Under the pieces are notes generated by a model. It made no database searches. It saw nothing but the letters and a program-made list of their open reading frames with translations, and was not told where the DNA came from. The translations under genes were made by a program, and so were the position numbers. Of a stretch of 11,700 nucleotides of DNA, positions 8,069 to 11,700 are shown in pieces. The DNA is from a bacterium (GTDB taxonomy: Bacteria > Zhuqueibacterota > Zhuqueibacteria > Oceanimicrobiales > Oceanimicrobiaceae), in the NCBI GenBank assembly GCA_046758365.1, contig JBHIAC010000107.1, positions 1 through 11,700 on the forward strand, written 5' to 3'. How positions within the stretch are numbered: position 1 is the first letter of the stretch; every line of letters starts with the position of its first letter.

Positions 8069-9117
8069 TATTAAGAATTTTCAAATTAATGCTACTGTTC
8101 TGTTTCCTGCTTTCAACCACTTGTAAAAATAACAACCCAGTCAATTCCACTGAGGCAGAGCAAAAATCTTACTATCTTTACGTCGGCAATCAGACTGACC
8201 ATGAAGTGTACATTGTCGATACAGCCAGCAATGTGGTTGTCGACACCCTGCGCTGGTTTTCAGGTGATGTTTGGGATGTAACCCCGACAAACAACGGAGA
8301 AAAGCTTTACGTTATAACAAGAGGCAGTTCTCGTAGTGGGCCGGGTAAGGTGTGTTCGGTTGATCTACAGACTCGTACGCCTTCTGTGATCTGGGACGAC
8401 ATAGCAGCCGATGTCTTTACTGCACCAAATGGCAAGATATTTATCATCGCCTATGTGCCGCGCTCGGACGACGCCTATCTCGGTACCATTGATCCCTTCA
8501 CCGATACCATTGCTTTTTTCGATACACTCGACATTCGGAATACCTTAAGTAATCATCAGGCCGTGGTCTTTGATCCGAACGGCCCCCTCATGTATACGGT
8601 CAACAACGACGACCGGTTGTTTGCTTATGATTATGACAAGAAAGAGGTCGTTCGAACTTACGAGAATATTTATATTCCACGCCGCATGGCTATTTCTCCC
8701 GATGGCAAATATCTATACGTCGCAGGTGGCCCGGTGGTCGACCTTGAGAACGGCGAAGCGATTGCCGGCGTTGGCGGGAATGTTTTGGGCTCGCTCGCCC
8801 TGAGCCCGGATGGGGAACTACTATATATAACGGATCCTGGTAAATATTTCCATGGTTTGAGCAATCCTAGTGGAAAAGTTTTCGTTTACAACACGCGCAC
8901 GCATCAATATGTTGGAGAAATTGATGTACTGAAAAAATTACCGAGTGGCCGTAGCCGCAGAACGGATTGGATTGCCCTCATGCCCGATGGTCAAACCGCC
9001 TATGTTTGCAACTTTGGAAGACTGATTTTTATCATAGATTTACAAGTCAGAGAGGTGAGGGAAATTATTGAATTTCCCCCTTTTATCGTACTAATTGCCC
9101 TGGGCATAAAACCCTGA
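8065..9117 (+). CDS. YncE/YVTN-family beta-propeller protein, probable lipoprotein
   Basis: 350 aa. The signal peptide ends in a lipobox-like LSTT-C20 followed by KNNNPV. Blade motifs are YLYVGNQTDHEVYIVDTASNVVVDTL, MAISPDGKYLYV, LALSPDGELLYIT and IALMPDGQTAYVCN. Confidence 0.8.
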   Translation: MILRIFKLMLLFCFLLSTTCKNNNPVNSTEAEQKSYYLYVGNQTDHEVYIVDTASNVVVDTLRWFSGDVWDVTPTNNGEKLYVITRGSSRSGPGKVCSVDLQTRTPSVIWDDIAADVFTAPNGKIFIIAYVPRSDDAYLGTIDPFTDTIAFFDTLDIRNTLSNHQAVVFDPNGPLMYTVNNDDRLFAYDYDKKEVVRTYENIYIPRRMAISPDGKYLYVAGGPVVDLENGEAIAGVGGNVLGSLALSPDGELLYITDPGKYFHGLSNPSGKVFVYNTRTHQYVGEIDVLKKLPSGRSRRTDWIALMPDGQTAYVCNFGRLIFIIDLQVREVREIIEFPPFIVLIALGIKP

Positions 9118-9212
9118 GATTCAATTTGAAGGTTAAACTTAAGAATTTAACCCTGGAAAGTATTTCTTTTGCGAACAGAAAAATCAGATCGCCTCCTGTT
9201 TAAACAAAATGC

Positions 9213-9296
9213 GCCCCTGGCGTGGCGTCTCTTACAGGATCACGGCAGATGAACCGTGGAAGTTGCCAGCAGCACCAGTGGGCCATTTTTATTTTT
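9213..9296 (+). promoter_or_regulatory. Candidate structured RNA leader or terminator-like hairpin upstream of the peptidase
   Basis: Nested pairings: GCCC/GGGC (9213-16/9280-83), CTGG/CCAG (9217-20/9275-78), TGGCG/TGCCA (9223-27/9264-68) and CACGG/CCGTG (9241-45/9254-58). These are followed by TTTTTATTTTT (9286-9296). Confidence 0.35.
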
Positions 9297-9346
9297 ATCC
9301 TAGCTAGTCTATGTGTCAAATATTAAGGATTTACTTTTAATTTCAG

Positions 9347-9351
9347 GGAGG
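9347..9351 (+). promoter_or_regulatory. Shine-Dalgarno sequence of the peptidase gene
   Basis: GGAGG lies 8 nt upstream of the ATG at 9360. Confidence 0.75.
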
Positions 9352-9359
9352 GTAACATC

Positions 9360-9758
9360 ATGAAACCAATATATTATTTATGCTTCGTCCTTTCTGCGCT
9401 TATTTTGATCTCGCCTGTTGGCGCCTTTGGCCAGGATTCATTTTACTATTTTCACGGCGCAAGAGTCGCGTTTGATCCTTCGCCTGACAAGATCTCCGTC
9501 AAGTTTAAGTCCCCGGTCACACCAGGGCAGATTCAGGCGCTGGCGGCTCAAGAACCGCAACTGGATGCCAGCCGCACGGCAGCATTTGCCGGAGAAAAAA
9601 ATCTTCACACCATTGGTTTAAAAGACTCAAGCGGCTTAAAACAGCTCTTAGCGCGTTTGCAGGAGATGCCCGAAATTGAAATCGCCAGCCCGGTTTATTT
9701 GTACCGCGGAAGGGAAGTCACTCCCACCGACCGCTTTATGGTAAAATTTAGATCTTAG
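9360..9758 (+). CDS. N-terminal part of the S8 peptidase (signal peptide and first prodomain repeat)
   Basis: MKPIYYLCFVLSALILISPVGAFG-Q is a Sec-type signal peptide. DKISVKFKSPVTPGQIQAL resembles subtilase propeptide (I9-like) folds. Confidence 0.6.
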   Translation: MKPIYYLCFVLSALILISPVGAFGQDSFYYFHGARVAFDPSPDKISVKFKSPVTPGQIQALAAQEPQLDASRTAAFAGEKNLHTIGLKDSSGLKQLLARLQEMPEIEIASPVYLYRGREVTPTDRFMVKFRS

Positions 9759-11699
9759 GTGACCCGCAAGCAGATCGAGGCCTTGAACCACCAGTATCAG
9801 GTCAAAGTGGTGGGAGTCAGTGGCGCCGCTCGCACTCGCTATACGTTCCAGGTAACCGGCGCTTCTAACTTATCTGTTGCGGAAATCGCGCAACTGTACT
9901 ACGAAAAGCTGCCGGCCGCCTGGTCCATGCCGGATTTCATCATGTCAATTAAACGTAACAGCCTCATACCCAATGACACCCATTTCCCGCAACAATATTA
10001 CTTCGACAACGCCAATAACGTCGATATCAACGCCCCGCAAGCATGGGACCATTCCACCGGCGACCCCTCAATCGTCATTGCCGTGATCGATATGGGTGGC
10101 GAAGCGCACGAAGATTTGCCGGCAAGCCGCATTGTACCAGGCTATGACTTCGTACCGGAGGACGGTGACTCTGACCCGAGTCCGGAAGGCAACGAGGCTC
10201 ACGGCATGGCGGTTGCCGGCATCATCGCATCAACACAAAACAACAGTAAGGGTATTTCGGGCCTGGCGCCAAATTGCAAAGTGATGTTTCTAAGAGTATT
10301 CGATGAGCTAGGAGTAGGAGTTGCAGTCAGTAAGTTTGCGGATGCTATAGAGTTTGCTTGGACCAACGGCGCGGACGTCATCAACAATAGCTGGGGTACG
10401 GGAGATACAGATCCCAATGCTGTTCCAGCCATTTCTGATGCGATTGACGATGCTCTGACGCAAGGCAGGAACGGTAAAGGGTGTGTGGTGGTTTTTTCGG
10501 CCGGGAACGACGGTGTGATTGAATTTCCGGCTAACCGCCCGGGCGTACTCGCAGTCGGCGCGGTAGACCAATCCAATAATGTTTGGAATTACAGCGGCAA
10601 GGGCACCGAACTGGCGGTGGTAGCGCCAAGCGGCGATATCGAGACCTTAGGTAACCTGGATCCCTGCATGGCGGGGAAACAGAACGGGGAGATTACACAA
10701 CAAGGCGACGTTTGGTCGCTGGACCGCCCGGGCGCGCCCGGATATAATCCCGGAAATTACAACGTCTGCGTCGATTTTTACCATAACTATTTGCCAAATA
10801 CCAGCCCGGCGTCGAACAACTACGCCACCAGATTTGGCGGCACCTCAGCCACTGCACCGCAAGTTTCAGGCGTAGCGGCGCTTATGCTGTCGGTAAATCC
10901 TTCGCTTGTGGCCAAGCCGAGTAACCCGCAGGTACAATCTATTATTAAAGACACGGCGGTTCATCCCAGCCCTGGGTCGAGACCTGACAACAACTACGGC
11001 TATGGCCGGGTGGACGCTGCCGCGGCCGTACAAGAGGCTGTGAATGTCACCCACGTTACTAACCCGCCATCTGCTCCGGGAGGTCTGACCATCACAAATG
11101 CCGGCAACGTCGGGGAGAATCCCATCTTGAGCTGGAGCGTTAGCTCAGGTGCAGACTATTACCGTGTATATCGCCGGGTCAGTTTCGACCCGGACTGGGT
11201 GTTCATGGGTACGGCCGTATCGACTTCTTATCAGGATAACACCCTGACTATTAAGGCGCAGGGCGACCCGATGACTCATGAATTTCTCTACCAGGTTAAA
11301 GGGGTAAATTTTGCCGGGGAATCGGGTCCCTCAAATACCGCTTCGGTCTGGGGCTTCAGTTTCTATAAGCAAACCAATGATGATAAGGTAACTGGCATTC
11401 CCGAAGCGTTTGAACTGGAACAAAACTACCCCAATCCGTTCAATCCGGAAACGGAATTGCGCTATACGCTGCCGACTTCAGGAGAGGTTGAGCTGGTCAT
11501 CATGAATCTGTTAGGCCAGACGGTTCGTACCCTGGTAGCTGATAGCCAATCAGCCGGCCGCCATAGCAAAGTTTGGGATGGACGAAATGACCAGGGAAAT
11601 CAGGTGGCGAGCGGAATATATTTGTATCGCATTAGTGTAAAGCCATACAATAGAAACAATAGGTTTACACAAGTGCGAAAGATGAGTTTGTTACGATAA
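9759..11699 (+). CDS. C-terminal part of the S8 serine peptidase, with FN3 and T9SS type A/FlgD-Ig-like sorting domain
   Basis: Catalytic residues are intact: Asp in IAVIDMG (10089-91), His in EAHGMAVAGII (10200-02), oxyanion Asn in FSAGND (10506-08) and Ser in FGGTSATAP (10845-47). FN3 is PPSAPGGL...LSW...YRVYR...YQVKGVN..GES.PSN (~11064-11349). The tail is FELEQNYPNPFNPET...WDGRNDQGNQVASGIYLYRI...RKMSLLR (~11397-11696), with stop TAA at 11697-99. Confidence 0.85.
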   Translation: MTRKQIEALNHQYQVKVVGVSGAARTRYTFQVTGASNLSVAEIAQLYYEKLPAAWSMPDFIMSIKRNSLIPNDTHFPQQYYFDNANNVDINAPQAWDHSTGDPSIVIAVIDMGGEAHEDLPASRIVPGYDFVPEDGDSDPSPEGNEAHGMAVAGIIASTQNNSKGISGLAPNCKVMFLRVFDELGVGVAVSKFADAIEFAWTNGADVINNSWGTGDTDPNAVPAISDAIDDALTQGRNGKGCVVVFSAGNDGVIEFPANRPGVLAVGAVDQSNNVWNYSGKGTELAVVAPSGDIETLGNLDPCMAGKQNGEITQQGDVWSLDRPGAPGYNPGNYNVCVDFYHNYLPNTSPASNNYATRFGGTSATAPQVSGVAALMLSVNPSLVAKPSNPQVQSIIKDTAVHPSPGSRPDNNYGYGRVDAAAAVQEAVNVTHVTNPPSAPGGLTITNAGNVGENPILSWSVSSGADYYRVYRRVSFDPDWVFMGTAVSTSYQDNTLTIKAQGDPMTHEFLYQVKGVNFAGESGPSNTASVWGFSFYKQTNDDKVTGIPEAFELEQNYPNPFNPETELRYTLPTSGEVELVIMNLLGQTVRTLVADSQSAGRHSKVWDGRNDQGNQVASGIYLYRISVKPYNRNNRFTQVRKMSLLR

Positions 11700-11700
11700 G

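Larger units (their letters stand above)
9360..11699 (+). pseudogene. S8 (subtilisin-family) serine peptidase gene, 779 codons, interrupted by one in-frame TAG at 9756-9758 (nonsense allele, sequence error or read-through)
   Basis: ORFs 9360-9758 and 9759-11699 abut in the same frame. Fused, they give signal peptide, two prodomain repeats, S8 catalytic domain, FN3 and a C-terminal secretion domain. The Shine-Dalgarno and signal peptide are on the first part only. Confidence 0.8.

Noticed and set aside
9759..9830. PYLIS/SECIS-like hairpin after the amber codon
   Set aside because: Only short 5-bp pairings (e.g. TGACC/GGTCA) are visible and there is no convincing stem. Its absence does not exclude read-through.
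99..11054. Short alternative-frame and antisense ORFs of 60-135 aa in the ORF track
   Set aside because: They overlap well-supported long genes and have no recognisable motifs. Their SRSPSPSIS-type repeats are just the antisense of the DxDGDGDLD codons.
136..11699. Genome-wide reassignment of TAG to a standard amino acid
   Set aside because: There is only one internal TAG in about 3,600 codons, and gene 2 ends in TAG just past the point where its paralogue ends. A general sense codon should appear far more often.

Overview
Bacterial window with four + strand genes, all predicted to be exported or membrane-anchored. Two are tandem ~1240-aa paralogues of the CRTAC1/VCBS family (FG-GAP repeats plus ASPIC/UnbV domains). 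The third is a YncE/YVTN-type beta-propeller lipoprotein. The fourth is a subtilisin-family (S8) peptidase with an FN3 domain and a 'QNYPNPFNP' C-terminal secretion/FlgD-Ig domain; this tail is typical of FCB-group lineages such as KSB1 or Calditrichota (inference). Main oddities: (1) the peptidase is one 779-codon frame interrupted by a single in-frame TAG, located inside a duplicated prodomain repeat; (2) the intergenic DNA carries small inverted-repeat (MITE-like) elements. One has inserted into the last codons of gene 1 and supplies its stop codon, one interrupts the leader of gene 2, and one is cut by the window edge. There is also a candidate structured RNA leader before the peptidase and a duplicated start-codon context before the lipoprotein.
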